64,000 bases of DNA from Acidobacteria bacterium UBA6911 (GCA_963579905.1 CAUZIZ010000001.1:19056-83055); one strand, 5' to 3'; numbered from the stretch's first letter, positions 1 through 9,802 are shown. The notes: a model not told the origin generated them from the sequence alone. Translations and numbers: made by a program.

Positions 1-32
1 CAGCAGACAGCAGCCACGGAGGTGTCCCTCCC

Positions 33-281
33 ATGGATTTCTCCTCCTTCGTGTTGTCGCTCGCGACAACCGGGATGGTTCATCTAGGTGAAATCGTGGA
101 TCCCGCCGTGGGACAAAAACGGGAGAATCTCGATGGTGCCAAGCAATTGATCGAAATCCTTGCCCTGCTCAAGGAAAAGACAGAGGGTAATCTGTCCGCC
201 GAAGAGGCCCAACTTCTGGAAGGCCTTCTCCACGAGCTGCGATTGAGCTTCCTGGGCAAGACCAAGACGATCCAACTATAG
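33..281 (+). CDS. Small conserved protein, DUF1844-like (82 aa)
   Basis: ORF with a GGAGGTG RBS 8 nt upstream of the ATG. Sequence pattern FSSFVLSLATTGMVHLGE...NLDGAKQLIEILALLKEKTEGNL resembles the DUF1844 family, recalled from memory only. Confidence 0.45.
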   Translation: MDFSSFVLSLATTGMVHLGEIVDPAVGQKRENLDGAKQLIEILALLKEKTEGNLSAEEAQLLEGLLHELRLSFLGKTKTIQL

Positions 282-355
282 GCCATCGTATTGATGAAAT
301 GTGGGTCAGTGCCGGCACCGCTTGATGATGAGAAGCTGAGAGAAAACTGAACCAG

Positions 356-1108
356 ATGAAAGTGACGTTTCTCGGGACTGGCACCTCAAGAGGTGTCCCC
401 ATCATTGGCTGCCAATGTCGGGTCTGTCATTCCTCTGATCCAAGAAACCATCGCCTACGCACCTCAATCCTTTTGCAAAGCAAGGCGAGCATCGTCATCG
501 ATACCTCTGTCGACTTCCGCAGCCAGATGCTTCGTTACGGAGTGAAGCGACTGGACGCCGTTTTATTTACCCACTCCCACGCCGACCATATCCTGGGTTT
601 GGACGATGTCTACCCCTTCAACATCTGGTCCGGAACGCGTATCCCCGCGTATGGCAGTGAAGAGACCTTGAAAGAGATAAAGCTGACGTTTCGGCACCTT
701 TTCGAGGAGAAAGTCTACCGAGGGGTTTCCGAGATTGATCTAGTACCGATTGAAGGGAATCTCCGGATCGGAGACTTGGATCTGGAACCGATCCAAGTCT
801 TCCACGGGCAACTTCCAGTACTGGGTTTTCGTGTTGGTTCCTTCGCCTATGTTACCGATGTCAGCCACATACCCAAGGAGAGTTACGAAAAACTCATGGG
901 AGTGGATTCGCTTGTCTTGGATGGTCTTCGGTACGAGGAGCACCCAACGCACTTCAGCTTGGCACAGGCCGCAGACGCAGCGGCCAGAGTAGGTGCTAAA
1001 GAAACCTATCTTGTCCACATGACTCACGATGTCGACCACGAAGAGGGGAATGCGTACCTACCCGATTCGGTTCAGTTGGCATACGATGGACTGGTGCTTG
1101 AGCTCTGA
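356..1108 (+). CDS. MBL-fold metallo-hydrolase (PhnP/beta-lactamase superfamily)
   Basis: FTHSHADH metal-binding motif (HxHxDH) and an N-terminal CxxC pair. Length and motif order are typical of the MBL fold. Confidence 0.8.
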   Translation: MKVTFLGTGTSRGVPIIGCQCRVCHSSDPRNHRLRTSILLQSKASIVIDTSVDFRSQMLRYGVKRLDAVLFTHSHADHILGLDDVYPFNIWSGTRIPAYGSEETLKEIKLTFRHLFEEKVYRGVSEIDLVPIEGNLRIGDLDLEPIQVFHGQLPVLGFRVGSFAYVTDVSHIPKESYEKLMGVDSLVLDGLRYEEHPTHFSLAQAADAAARVGAKETYLVHMTHDVDHEEGNAYLPDSVQLAYDGLVLEL

Positions 1109-1144
1109 AGGTCGAGCCGAATCGTTCCCCCAGCTGGACTATCG

Positions 1145-2140
1145 ATGCAGATTGTTGAGGATCTTCCCCAGGGCTTGAGCTATCCCATCATGACGATCGG
1201 GGTGTTCGACGGTCTGCATTTCGGGCATCAAGAGATTCTACGTCGATTGGTCGCCAGGGCCACGGAAAAGAACGGGACCTCCGTCCTGCTCACGTTCACT
1301 CCCCATCCACAGAAGATCATTTCGCCAGTCGATGCACCTCCTCTATTGCAGACTTTTTCCCAGAAGGCCGAGATGCTTAGTGGGCTGGGTATCGATGTCA
1401 TGGTGCGTCTACCCTTCACCCGGAAACTCTCCCTCTACAGTCCCGAACAGTTTGCCAAGAAGATCCTTCACTGCCACGGAATTCGTGAGGTCTACGTGGG
1501 TCGGAACTTCCGCTTCGGACACCGTAGAAAGGGAGACTTTCATACCCTGGGGAAGTTGGGGCGCGAGTCCCACTTCTCGGTGCACCCGATTGAGCCGGTT
1601 CGACTGCGTGGAATTCACGTCAGCAGTACCACCATTCGACAGGCCTTGAAGGAAGGCCTAACCTCGTTGGCCCGGAGGCTCCTCGATCGCCCCTACCAGA
1701 TTAGAGGCACGGTGGTTCGAGGGTCCGGGAGGGGCTCTACGATTGGCTATCCGACTGTGAACCTGGATCCGGAGAACGAACTGGTTCCGGCAACCGGAGT
1801 GTACGTGACCCGTGCCCTGGTTGATGGAGTCGCCCACTGGGGGGGGACCAATATCGGATACCGACCCACCGTCGATTCGCGACACCGGAACAGACCCCTG
1901 GTTGAGTCACATCTGTTCAATCTGGACCGGAATCTGTATGGTAAGTCAATCGGTCTGGAGTTTTTCTTTCGGCTCAGGAGCGAGAAGAAGTTCGACGGGG
2001 TTGAAAGTTTGAAGCAGCAGATCGACCGCGACATTCTGCTTGTACGAAAATACGCAGCCAGGGCGCAAATCCTGTCCAATTCTCACGCGTTGGAGCTCAG
2101 TAGGAGAGAAAGCCGTGTCAGTCACCAGAGAAGAAGTTGA
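1145..2140 (+). CDS. ribF: Bifunctional riboflavin kinase / FMN adenylyltransferase
   Basis: N-terminal GVFDGLHFGHQ nucleotidyltransferase motif, C-terminal riboflavin kinase region (PTVNL...GVY...G.NIG.RPT), about 330 aa. Confidence 0.9.
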   Translation: MQIVEDLPQGLSYPIMTIGVFDGLHFGHQEILRRLVARATEKNGTSVLLTFTPHPQKIISPVDAPPLLQTFSQKAEMLSGLGIDVMVRLPFTRKLSLYSPEQFAKKILHCHGIREVYVGRNFRFGHRRKGDFHTLGKLGRESHFSVHPIEPVRLRGIHVSSTTIRQALKEGLTSLARRLLDRPYQIRGTVVRGSGRGSTIGYPTVNLDPENELVPATGVYVTRALVDGVAHWGGTNIGYRPTVDSRHRNRPLVESHLFNLDRNLYGKSIGLEFFFRLRSEKKFDGVESLKQQIDRDILLVRKYAARAQILSNSHALELSRRESRVSHQRRS

Positions 2141-2411
2141 AAAGATTTCCGATCTTGCTCACTTGCGATTTTCAGCCGAAGAGGTTGAGGTTTTCGTGTC
2201 CCAGTTTCAACGCATTCTCGACTACTTCGAACAATTGAAGACAGCTCCAACGGATGGGGTAGTGCCGACCTACCATGCGTCGGAGGAGAGCGATCCTGAG
2301 GCGGGTCTCCGGGAGGACGAGGTGCGCCCCTCTCTGGATGTACGGGTTGCAGTCGAGGGCGCGCCGCTGCACGCGAAGGGCTACTTCAGAGTTCCAAAGG
2401 TCATCGGATAG
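2115..2411 (+). CDS. gatC: Asp/Glu-tRNA amidotransferase subunit C
   Basis: The VSVTREEVEKISDLAHLRFSAEEVE N-terminus is typical of GatC. The likely start is GTG at 2115, preceded by an AGGAGAG RBS at 2103-2109. It overlaps the 3' end of ribF by 26 nt. The ORF track extends it upstream to 2040. Confidence 0.8.
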   Translation: MSVTREEVEKISDLAHLRFSAEEVEVFVSQFQRILDYFEQLKTAPTDGVVPTYHASEESDPEAGLREDEVRPSLDVRVAVEGAPLHAKGYFRVPKVIG

Positions 2412-2431
2412 CTGCAGAAATCATCAATGTC

Positions 2432-3898
2432 ATGAATGAAATCTGTGCCTGGTCCATAGGAAGGATTCATCAGGGAATCCAGAGTCGAGAGCTATCGGTT
2501 CGGGAAGTGGCCGATGCCTTTCTCGATCGAATTGAGGAAGTCGATCGGGGTGTGCATGCCTTTGTCACGGTTGACGCCGAAGAGGTCAGGAGCGCCGCAT
2601 CGGCGCTGGATCGGCGTCTCAGCCTCGGCGCACAGGAGATCGGACTCCTGACCGGTATTCCCTTGGCGATCAAAGACAACATCGTGACTCAGTCCATGAG
2701 AACGACTTGTGGGTCTCGGATCCTGGAGGGATATCGTCCCCCTTACGACGCGACAGTCATCTCTCGACTCAGGCAGGCAGGAGCCCTGATCCTCGGAAAA
2801 GCCAACCTGGATGAGTTTTCCATGGGTTCGACGACAGAGAACTCCGCTCTGTTTCCAACCCGAAATCCGAGGGATCCGGAGCGTGTCCCGGGCGGATCGA
2901 GTGGGGGCCCTGCGGCCTCTGTGGCCGCCCTTGAGGCGCCGGGGGCTCTGGGCAGCGACACGGGCGGTTCGATCAGACAGCCAGCCGCTTTCTGTGGAGT
3001 AGTGGGTCTCAAGCCTACCTATGGCCGAGTATCAAGATATGGCTTGGTCGCTTTCGCCTCGTCGCTAGATCAGATCGGACCTCTGGCGAACAGCGCCCGG
3101 GATGCGGCCCGGATTCTCCAGGTCGTCGCCGGACACGATCCCTCCGATGCCACTTCTTCCAATCGTCCTGTAGACGACTATCTTGCCGGAATCGAGGACA
3201 ATGTGAGGGGCCTACGGATCGGTCTTCCGGCCGAGTGGTTTGGAGCGGGGCTCGACCCCCGGCTCGATGCCGGCATCCGATCTGCGATTACACGGCTCGA
3301 GAAGCTGGGCTGTCAGGTGCAGGAGGTCCATCTTCCCCACACCGAATTTGCGATCGCGGCATACTACATCATTGCACCAGCCGAAGCCAGCTCCAATCTG
3401 GCCCGCTATGACGGGATGCGTTACGGCTATCGCAGCGCCCATCAGGAAGGCCTGGAAGACACCTATCGGTCGACCCGCAGCGAGGGTTTTGGCGAGGAAG
3501 TGAAGCGACGCATCATGATCGGTACCTATGTGCTGAGCTCGGGCTATTACGACGCTTACTATCTCAAGGCCAGCAAGGTGCGTACCTTGTTGAAGCAGGA
3601 TTATTTGAAAGCCTTTGAACGGGTCGATCTCCTGATCGGGCCCACTGCGCCCTCGCTTCCGTTCAAGTTGGGTGCGAGGGCCGATCCTCTGGAGATGTAT
3701 CTTTCTGATGTCTACACGGTCCCGGCTAATCTGGTGGGTATTCCAGGGCTTGCCATGTGCTGCGGATATACCGAGGAAGGGCTACCTCTAGGGCTGCAGA
3801 TCCTGGGACCTCATTTTCAAGAGGGCCGCATCCTGCAGTTGGCCCACGCTTTGGAGCAGGAGCTTCAAGTGGTCGCTCCACCTCTGCCGACAAGCTGA
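2432..3898 (+). CDS. gatA: Glu-tRNA(Gln) amidotransferase subunit A
   Basis: Amidase signature GGSSGG plus a Ser-cisSer-Lys triad context, 488 aa, immediately downstream of gatC. Confidence 0.9.
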   Translation: MNEICAWSIGRIHQGIQSRELSVREVADAFLDRIEEVDRGVHAFVTVDAEEVRSAASALDRRLSLGAQEIGLLTGIPLAIKDNIVTQSMRTTCGSRILEGYRPPYDATVISRLRQAGALILGKANLDEFSMGSTTENSALFPTRNPRDPERVPGGSSGGPAASVAALEAPGALGSDTGGSIRQPAAFCGVVGLKPTYGRVSRYGLVAFASSLDQIGPLANSARDAARILQVVAGHDPSDATSSNRPVDDYLAGIEDNVRGLRIGLPAEWFGAGLDPRLDAGIRSAITRLEKLGCQVQEVHLPHTEFAIAAYYIIAPAEASSNLARYDGMRYGYRSAHQEGLEDTYRSTRSEGFGEEVKRRIMIGTYVLSSGYYDAYYLKASKVRTLLKQDYLKAFERVDLLIGPTAPSLPFKLGARADPLEMYLSDVYTVPANLVGIPGLAMCCGYTEEGLPLGLQILGPHFQEGRILQLAHALEQELQVVAPPLPTS

Positions 3899-3924
3899 AA
3901 CTTAAATAGAAGAGTTGCAGGTTA

Positions 3925-4144
3925 CAAGTTGCAGGTTTCTACTCCCTGAAAAGCGCAGCGAAGGGTCAATAGCGTCAAACAAAATCAAGCCGGGCAAACA
4001 GAGCCGCGAACGACTTGAGCTGCTAGCAACACGAGACCAGGTTCCGCGGAGAGAGTCGGACAACAGCTGCATCTGCCGGGTTCAGAAAAGTTTTTTCTCG
4101 AATGGGACCCGCGTTCCTGGGGGCGCGAAGAAGGAGGGACGAAG
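3925..4144 (+). repeat. REP-B composite repeat, diverged copy a
   Basis: Shares CAGAGCCGCGAACGACTTGAG..TAGCAACA..GACCAGGTTCCG.GGAGAGAG.CGGACAAC and TTTTTCTCGAATGGGA..CCTGGGGG with other copies. Carries the RBS of the AKR gene. Confidence 0.65.
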
Positions 4145-5194
4145 ATGAAATACCGCGTTCTCGGCACCACCGGCATGATGGTTTCTCCGATCTGCATGGG
4201 GACGATGACGTTCGGTCGGCCTCTGGATGAAGGGCAGAGCAAGAATCTGGTGGGGTATGCGCTTGACCAGGGTATCAACTTCTTTGATACGGCCAACGTC
4301 TACGAGGGATATGACCGCAAGGTTGGCTCCAAAGGAGGAGTCAGTGAAGGTTTCCTGGGTCAGGCCATCGTCAAACGTCGACAAGACGTCGTGATTTGTA
4401 CCAAGCTGGGAAATCCAAGCGGCACTGGACCCCTCGATGCAGGATTGTCGGCACATCACCTCGAGCTTGAACTCGACCTCAGCTTGAAGCGTCTGAAGAC
4501 AGATTGGGTCGACCTGGTTCTCGCCCATCGTTGGCACTCGGAGATCCCGATGGAAGAGGTATGGCGCGTCTTCGACCGCTGGGTGAGAGCCGGCAAAGCC
4601 CGCGCCGTAGGCGTTTCCAATTGGCCCACCTGGCGCATGGCGCAGGCGAGCGAGATCGCGCGGAGAAATGGCTGGCCGACGGTCGGCGTTAGTTCCCCCA
4701 AGTACAGCCTGATGACCCGCGGAATCGAACTAGACCACGTCCCTTGTGCCCGACATTATGGGGTAGGACTGGTGACCTATCAGGCTCTGGAAGGGGGCGC
4801 TCTCAGCGGCAAGTACCAGCGCGGCCAGCCGCCACCAGCTGGCTCCCGAGGAGAAGAGAAGCCGGAATGGATGCCTGCTCGTGATGACGTTCTCATGGAA
4901 AAGCTAGACGCTCTCCAGAAGTTGTCACAAGAGGCAGGGATGTCCGTTCTTGAGTACGTGTTGGCCTGGACCCTTTCGCAGCAGGGGATCAGCTCCGTAA
5001 TAACCGGCCTGCGAAATCGATCACAGCTGGATGCGGCGATCGCCGCCGCGGGGAAAAGCATCCCTCCTGAGCACTTGTCCAGGATCGATGCAGTCTTCCC
5101 CAGACCCAAACCTGTGGGGGGTGATCAAGTCCTGAGCTGGGGTGATGGAGGTTGGGTCTTGGAGGATATAGAGCGCCCACCGTTCGGCCCCTAG
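4145..5194 (+). CDS. Aldo/keto reductase family oxidoreductase
   Basis: N-terminus MKYRVLGTTGMMVSPICMGTMTFG is the canonical AKR start, 349 aa. The RBS AGGAGGG lies inside the upstream repeat copy. Confidence 0.85.
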   Translation: MKYRVLGTTGMMVSPICMGTMTFGRPLDEGQSKNLVGYALDQGINFFDTANVYEGYDRKVGSKGGVSEGFLGQAIVKRRQDVVICTKLGNPSGTGPLDAGLSAHHLELELDLSLKRLKTDWVDLVLAHRWHSEIPMEEVWRVFDRWVRAGKARAVGVSNWPTWRMAQASEIARRNGWPTVGVSSPKYSLMTRGIELDHVPCARHYGVGLVTYQALEGGALSGKYQRGQPPPAGSRGEEKPEWMPARDDVLMEKLDALQKLSQEAGMSVLEYVLAWTLSQQGISSVITGLRNRSQLDAAIAAAGKSIPPEHLSRIDAVFPRPKPVGGDQVLSWGDGGWVLEDIERPPFGP

Positions 5195-5535
5195 GCGTAC
5201 GCAGCGTGAGTGTCTTGTGCCTCCCCCTAACCCTTAGGATTGTCAAAGTTTCAGCGTATGTCTTGGTGGCCCCCCAGCGGTGCTGCCCCATTCGAGAAAG
5301 AAGCTTCTGGCTACTGGGGATTTACGCGTCACTGCGTGGGGAAGAGTTGTCCGGCTCTCTCCTTGGAACCTGGGCTCATTTTGCTAACGGCTCAAGTCGT
5401 TCGCGGCTCTGTCGGACTTGGCTTCGTAACGCTGGTAGTTCACCCGTTGGCGGCACCTTCGGAGGACAGGAGACGTGCGACGTATTCTTGAAGTTCCAGC
5501 TTAGGGAAAAGGGGGACGCAAGAACACTTCAAATG
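5195..5535 (-). repeat. REP-B composite repeat copy b (inverted relative to the others)
   Basis: Reverse complement matches copies d and e nearly end to end (core about 210 bp plus terminal 45-bp unit). Confidence 0.8.
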
Positions 5536-5539
5536 ATGG

Positions 5540-6364
5540 CTACGGGACAATGCGGGTTCCGGCATTGTCTTCTACTCCCTGAAGAAGACCGTCGGGCCTC
5601 AGCCCACTGAGGACCTGAACTTCAGGCACCCCCATCTCAATTGCCCTGAGCGCAGCCTGGATCTTCGGAATCATACCCTCGGTGAATCTTCCCTCCTCCA
5701 GGTAGACACGGGCCTGTCCTGTGGGGAGTTCGTCGATCCTGGATGAAGGCTCGTCCAGGTCGAAGTAGATCCCTTCAACATCGGTTACGGAAATCAGTCG
5801 AGCAGCCGGGATTCCCGCTGCCAGGTGGGCGGCCAGCGTATCGGCATTGATGTTGAGAATCTGCCCCTCCGGGGTGCTGGCCAGACAGCTGACCACGGGA
5901 ATTTGCTGACACTCCCAAAGGCAGGACAAGATGGACGGATCGACCCCGTCGATCTCAGCAACCAGACCGAAATCGATGAGCTCGGTTCGCCGCTCTCCCG
6001 TCTCGGTCAAGGTGCTTATCGGCAGGGGAGGCCTTGTCCGGCTACGAACGAGTCCGGCATCGAAGCTGGCAAAGCCGATCGCCTTCGAACCGCAGGAGAG
6101 CAGCGCGGCAACCAGATCTCGATTAATCGAAGAGAATGCCATCTTGGCAGCGTCGAGGGTCGCTTCATCCGTGACTCTGCGTCCCTGGTGCTGGACGCTC
6201 GAAATGCCAAGCCGGGCGCACAGATCTGTAAGCTGCTTTCCGCCTCCGTGGACTACGACTATCCGATGTTGGGACTTGGACAGCTTTACGATTTGGCGGC
6301 AGAGAGCAGTTCGGTAAAGGTCTTCTTCGAGTACCTTACCGCTGAGCTTAATGACCAGGATCAT
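5540..6364 (-). CDS. argB: Acetylglutamate kinase
   Basis: IKLSGKVLE...VVVHGGG amino-acid kinase motifs, 274 aa, last gene of the arg operon, 17-nt overlap with argD. Confidence 0.85.
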   Translation of the reverse strand: MILVIKLSGKVLEEDLYRTALCRQIVKLSKSQHRIVVVHGGGKQLTDLCARLGISSVQHQGRRVTDEATLDAAKMAFSSINRDLVAALLSCGSKAIGFASFDAGLVRSRTRPPLPISTLTETGERRTELIDFGLVAEIDGVDPSILSCLWECQQIPVVSCLASTPEGQILNINADTLAAHLAAGIPAARLISVTDVEGIYFDLDEPSSRIDELPTGQARVYLEEGRFTEGMIPKIQAALRAIEMGVPEVQVLSGLRPDGLLQGVEDNAGTRIVP

Positions 6365-7526
6365 GGGTAGCCAGTACGTCCAGGAATGTATCCGCCTGCG
6401 CTTGACTTACCGACAGAGGTGGCATCAGTCGCAGCACCGCTGGGTCGTTCGAGGAGCCGCTTAGAATCCGGTTTGCGCGGAGAGTCTGTTGTACCGGCTT
6501 GGACCCGCCGGGTTCTTCGGCCCCGACTTTGATTCCCACTAGAAGGCCCTTGCCGCGCACTTCCTCTACCCACGATATTCGCTCGATGCCCTGACGCAGA
6601 TAGTCCCCGATTCGAGCCGCGTTAGCAATCAGATCCTCAGTCGCCAAGACGTCCATCGTCGCTTCCATGGCGGCACAGGCAACCGGGCCACCACCGAAGG
6701 TCGCACCAAGATCGCCGGTCTGAACCTTGTGTGTGAGCTCTTCGGTAACCAGAAGTGCACTCGCAGGAAGTCCCGATGCGATTCCCTTGGCCAGAGTGAC
6801 CATATCTGCGTAGACTCCTCCCTGACCCGAGTACAGAAAACTGCCGGTGCGTCCCACCCCAGTCTGAACTTCGTCGAAGATCAACAGTGCACTCTGAGCA
6901 TCGCAAGATTCACGAATCTGTCTCAAGATCTCCGTCGGAATCTCATACATGCCGCCCATGCTCTGAATCGGCTCCACGATGACGGCCGCGGTTTCCTCGC
7001 TCACCGCTGCAGGCACTGCTTCTGCCGACAAAGCCCGATGCATTGGCACGGGTGTGTTGAGGTACTCGACGTATTTGAGAATACCGGTGCTGGAGAGACT
7101 ACCGTAGGTGCGGCCGTGAAAGGATCCCAGGATGGAAAGGACTTCCTTCCTACCTGTCGTGGCGCGTGCCAGCTTGATGGCGTTTTCGTTGGCCTCACTT
7201 CCTGAGTTTGCCAAGAATGCCTGTTCGTAAGGAGATCCTGCCATCTTTATCAGCTTCTCAACAGCGTCTGAGCGACGCTTGTTGTAGACGACGTTTGAGT
7301 AGAAAAGCAGTTGTTCTGCTTGTTCTTTGATGGCTTCCACCACTCGCGGATGACAATGACCCGTCGATATCACCGCGTGGGCCCCGTAGAAATCCAGATA
7401 TTCGTTTCCCTCGATGTCGTAGACATAGCACCCGCGCCCCCGTTCCAACACCAGGGGTAGCTTGGCGTAAGTCCTGAGTTGGTACCGATCTTCGCGGTCG
7501 ATGACTTCTTGAGATTGTTCTGACAT
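6348..7526 (-). CDS. argD: Acetylornithine aminotransferase (class III PLP aminotransferase)
   Basis: Class III aminotransferase pattern (GAHAVISTGHCHP..., PLP-binding Lys region DEVQTGVGRTG), 392 aa. Confidence 0.85.
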   Translation of the reverse strand: MSEQSQEVIDREDRYQLRTYAKLPLVLERGRGCYVYDIEGNEYLDFYGAHAVISTGHCHPRVVEAIKEQAEQLLFYSNVVYNKRRSDAVEKLIKMAGSPYEQAFLANSGSEANENAIKLARATTGRKEVLSILGSFHGRTYGSLSSTGILKYVEYLNTPVPMHRALSAEAVPAAVSEETAAVIVEPIQSMGGMYEIPTEILRQIRESCDAQSALLIFDEVQTGVGRTGSFLYSGQGGVYADMVTLAKGIASGLPASALLVTEELTHKVQTGDLGATFGGGPVACAAMEATMDVLATEDLIANAARIGDYLRQGIERISWVEEVRGKGLLVGIKVGAEEPGGSKPVQQTLRANRILSGSSNDPAVLRLMPPLSVSQAQADTFLDVLATHDPGH

Positions 7527-7580
7527 TGTCTGTCTCCTCGGTTGTCTCAGATGTCCCGGGCTAAGTACATTCCAGTGTAC

Positions 7581-7720
7581 TTAGGGTCTACGCAAAAATA
7601 ACTTGGCATTTTGGCATCTCAGATTCACACCAGATTCGGCCGCTCCTCAATCGTTCGCGGCCGATTCTGGTGCAAATCTGAGCGCCAATTCTACCAAGTT
7701 ATTCTTGCGCAGACCCTAAG
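7581..7720. mobile_element. MITE-like element copy 1 (about 135 bp, 23-bp TIR GGGTCTRCGCAARAATAACTTGG)
   Basis: Left end cttaGGGTCTACGCAAAAATAACTTGG. Right end CCAAGTTATTCTTGCGCAGACCCtaag. Lies between argC and argD inside the operon. Confidence 0.8.
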
Positions 7721-8726
7721 GATATGTCGGCGGAAATCCCAGGCCCATCGTCTCTGAGAAACCGCAGATAAGGTTCATGTTCTGAACAGCCTGTCCTGCC
7801 GCGCCCTTCTGCAGGTTATCCAGGACTGACCAGACGATCAGGAAGCCATCTTGCGTCGCCGCACCGATATCGACGAAATTGGAATGTCGAACGTAGTTGA
7901 CGTCGGGACATTCAGGAACCCAGCGGACGAAATACTCGGAAGAATAGTATTTCTGATATAAATCCCGCACCTGCTCAGATGTGGCCTCGCGGCTGAGAGC
8001 CATATAGTGGCTGGCAAAGATTCCCCTTATGAAGGGCGCCGAGTACGTCTGGAATACCAGGGGACGCTCGGAGGTGTCGAGGATCTGAAGGATCTCGGGC
8101 ACATGTTGGTGTGAGAACGGCCTATACGGAAACAGGCTGTTGCTTCGACGGGGGTGATGAGCTCCCGGGGAGGGGCTGCTGCCACCGCCGGACGAGCCAG
8201 TTTTCGCATCGACGAATACCGGACCCTTGATCCATTTCTCCTCGTAAAGGGGATACAAGGCAAGCAGGGTGGCCGTCGCGAAGCAGCCTGGATTGGCAAT
8301 GCGTTTCGCAGCGCGGATCTGAGATCGATTGATCTCGGGTAGGCCGTACACAAAGTCCTTCTGATGTTCCGGGGCCGAGAGAGGGAGCTTGTAGTATTGC
8401 TCGAAGATGTCGGGGTCCCCGATGCGAAAATCCCCACTGAGATCGATGATGACCGGATCGCCGTCCAATTGCGGAACGATGTTCATGGCCTCGCCATGGG
8501 GGAGAGCCAGGAAAAGCACATCCAAGTCTGAGGGGGAGAGGGTCTCGAGCGAGGTAAAACTGCTGTCAAGGAAGCCGAGAAGGCTCGGATACACAGCCGA
8601 GACCAGTTTTCCACTGTGTCGGTGAGAAGAGATCCAGCTGATCTCCGCTTCGGGATGACGGATCAGGATGTGTAGAAGCTCGGCACCCCCATAGCCAGAT
8701 CCTCCAGCTATGCCGACTTTGACCAT
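7716..8726 (-). CDS. argC: N-acetyl-gamma-glutamyl-phosphate reductase
   Basis: MVKVGIAGGSGYGG Rossmann start and a catalytic Cys region (NPGCFATA), 336 aa. The stop codon lies inside the terminus of MITE copy 1. Confidence 0.9.
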   Translation of the reverse strand: MVKVGIAGGSGYGGAELLHILIRHPEAEISWISSHRHSGKLVSAVYPSLLGFLDSSFTSLETLSPSDLDVLFLALPHGEAMNIVPQLDGDPVIIDLSGDFRIGDPDIFEQYYKLPLSAPEHQKDFVYGLPEINRSQIRAAKRIANPGCFATATLLALYPLYEEKWIKGPVFVDAKTGSSGGGSSPSPGAHHPRRSNSLFPYRPFSHQHVPEILQILDTSERPLVFQTYSAPFIRGIFASHYMALSREATSEQVRDLYQKYYSSEYFVRWVPECPDVNYVRHSNFVDIGAATQDGFLIVWSVLDNLQKGAAGQAVQNMNLICGFSETMGLGFPPTYP

Positions 8727-9802
8727 GGCATCAATAACTCACGGATGAAGGTACACAGTTTACCTCCACTATCAAAGACGTTGGCCGCAGGTACCGCCAG
8801 GTTTTCCTCAATATAGCGGATGCCTTCCGCGCTGTCGGTTACTGGTCCGGCCACCAGTACCGGATGCTGCCGGGGATCGTATCCCTGCTGGGTCATCCAT
8901 TGGAGACTGCCCCAAACTCCCATGAAGTCGTTGGCGCAGAGGACGATACAGAGCCCGCGTTCGAGAAACTCCCGGTCTTCGAAAAGCGATGCAACCTGGT
9001 AGCCCCCAAGAATTCCGTCTCCCATCTCAAGGACGATGAAATCGGGTTCGGATTTCGCTAGATGGTGTACCAAGGAACGCGCCACCGGTGCCAGATCGGA
9101 AACCTGAGCGGTCGAGGCAAGGCTGAAGTCGTGAAAGCTAAGGACTTCCTGAGCCCCCGCCTCCTTCATACCTTTCAGATCCTGGAAGCAGGCCACGCCC
9201 GCCACCTTACCCGCGTTGACCGAAAAGCCTCGGCCCGAAAACAGTCGCAGAATTTCCTTGCAAACCGCAGTCTTTCCCGAGTTCATACAGGTGCCCATTA
9301 CCAGAATCAAGGGTGTCTCCGGAAGGGGACCCGTCTTCAGTGCCAACCCCCCATCACGCAAGTTGAGTGCGCGTCCGTCACGCACGACGGTTCCCAGGTA
9401 CTCGAGGCGACTCGGCCAGCCCAGTGCGCGGTGAAACGCAGTGCACTGTCCGATAACTCCTCCCTTGTTGAGTAGGTGAAGAGGGTCACCAGGGTTGAGG
9501 CCTGAAGGCAACTTTCCGGAAAAACCATACAGAGCTCGCCGAATTCCAAGGGTTCCAAGGATAATGTTGCCTTCGCTCAGACAGATTTCGCTACTGCTAG
9601 CCGTTTCCAGGTTGGGATAGGCAGGATTGACCTCCCGGACACGAGCCAGCACGATGTCGCCATGTTCAGGCTCACCCACGGATTCTATTCTCAGGGGATC
9701 GGGCAGGGCAACTTTCGAAGCCGCCGAAGCAACCAGATCAGGGAGAAACAGATCCTCCAGTGGAGGTTCTTGCTCTGTCATTGGGACGAGTCCATCAAGC
9801 AT
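8708..9802 (-). CDS. DUF1611-like P-loop protein, first gene of the arg operon
   Basis: P-loop GTCMNSGKT and a Rossmann-like N-domain. Overlaps the argC start by 19 nt, so it is co-transcribed. Function unknown. Confidence 0.5.
   Translation of the reverse strand: MLDGLVPMTEQEPPLEDLFLPDLVASAASKVALPDPLRIESVGEPEHGDIVLARVREVNPAYPNLETASSSEICLSEGNIILGTLGIRRALYGFSGKLPSGLNPGDPLHLLNKGGVIGQCTAFHRALGWPSRLEYLGTVVRDGRALNLRDGGLALKTGPLPETPLILVMGTCMNSGKTAVCKEILRLFSGRGFSVNAGKVAGVACFQDLKGMKEAGAQEVLSFHDFSLASTAQVSDLAPVARSLVHHLAKSEPDFIVLEMGDGILGGYQVASLFEDREFLERGLCIVLCANDFMGVWGSLQWMTQQGYDPRQHPVLVAGPVTDSAEGIRYIEENLAVPAANVFDSGGKLCTFIRELLMPWSKSA

Noticed and set aside
5152-5610. ORFs translating the REP-B repeats (5152..5610, 26850..27149, 37312..37698, all containing GTWAHFANGSSRSRLC.TWLRNAG)
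   Set aside because: The shared peptide is simply the repeat read in one frame. Copies are in both orientations and lack consistent starts and stops, so the repeat is noncoding.
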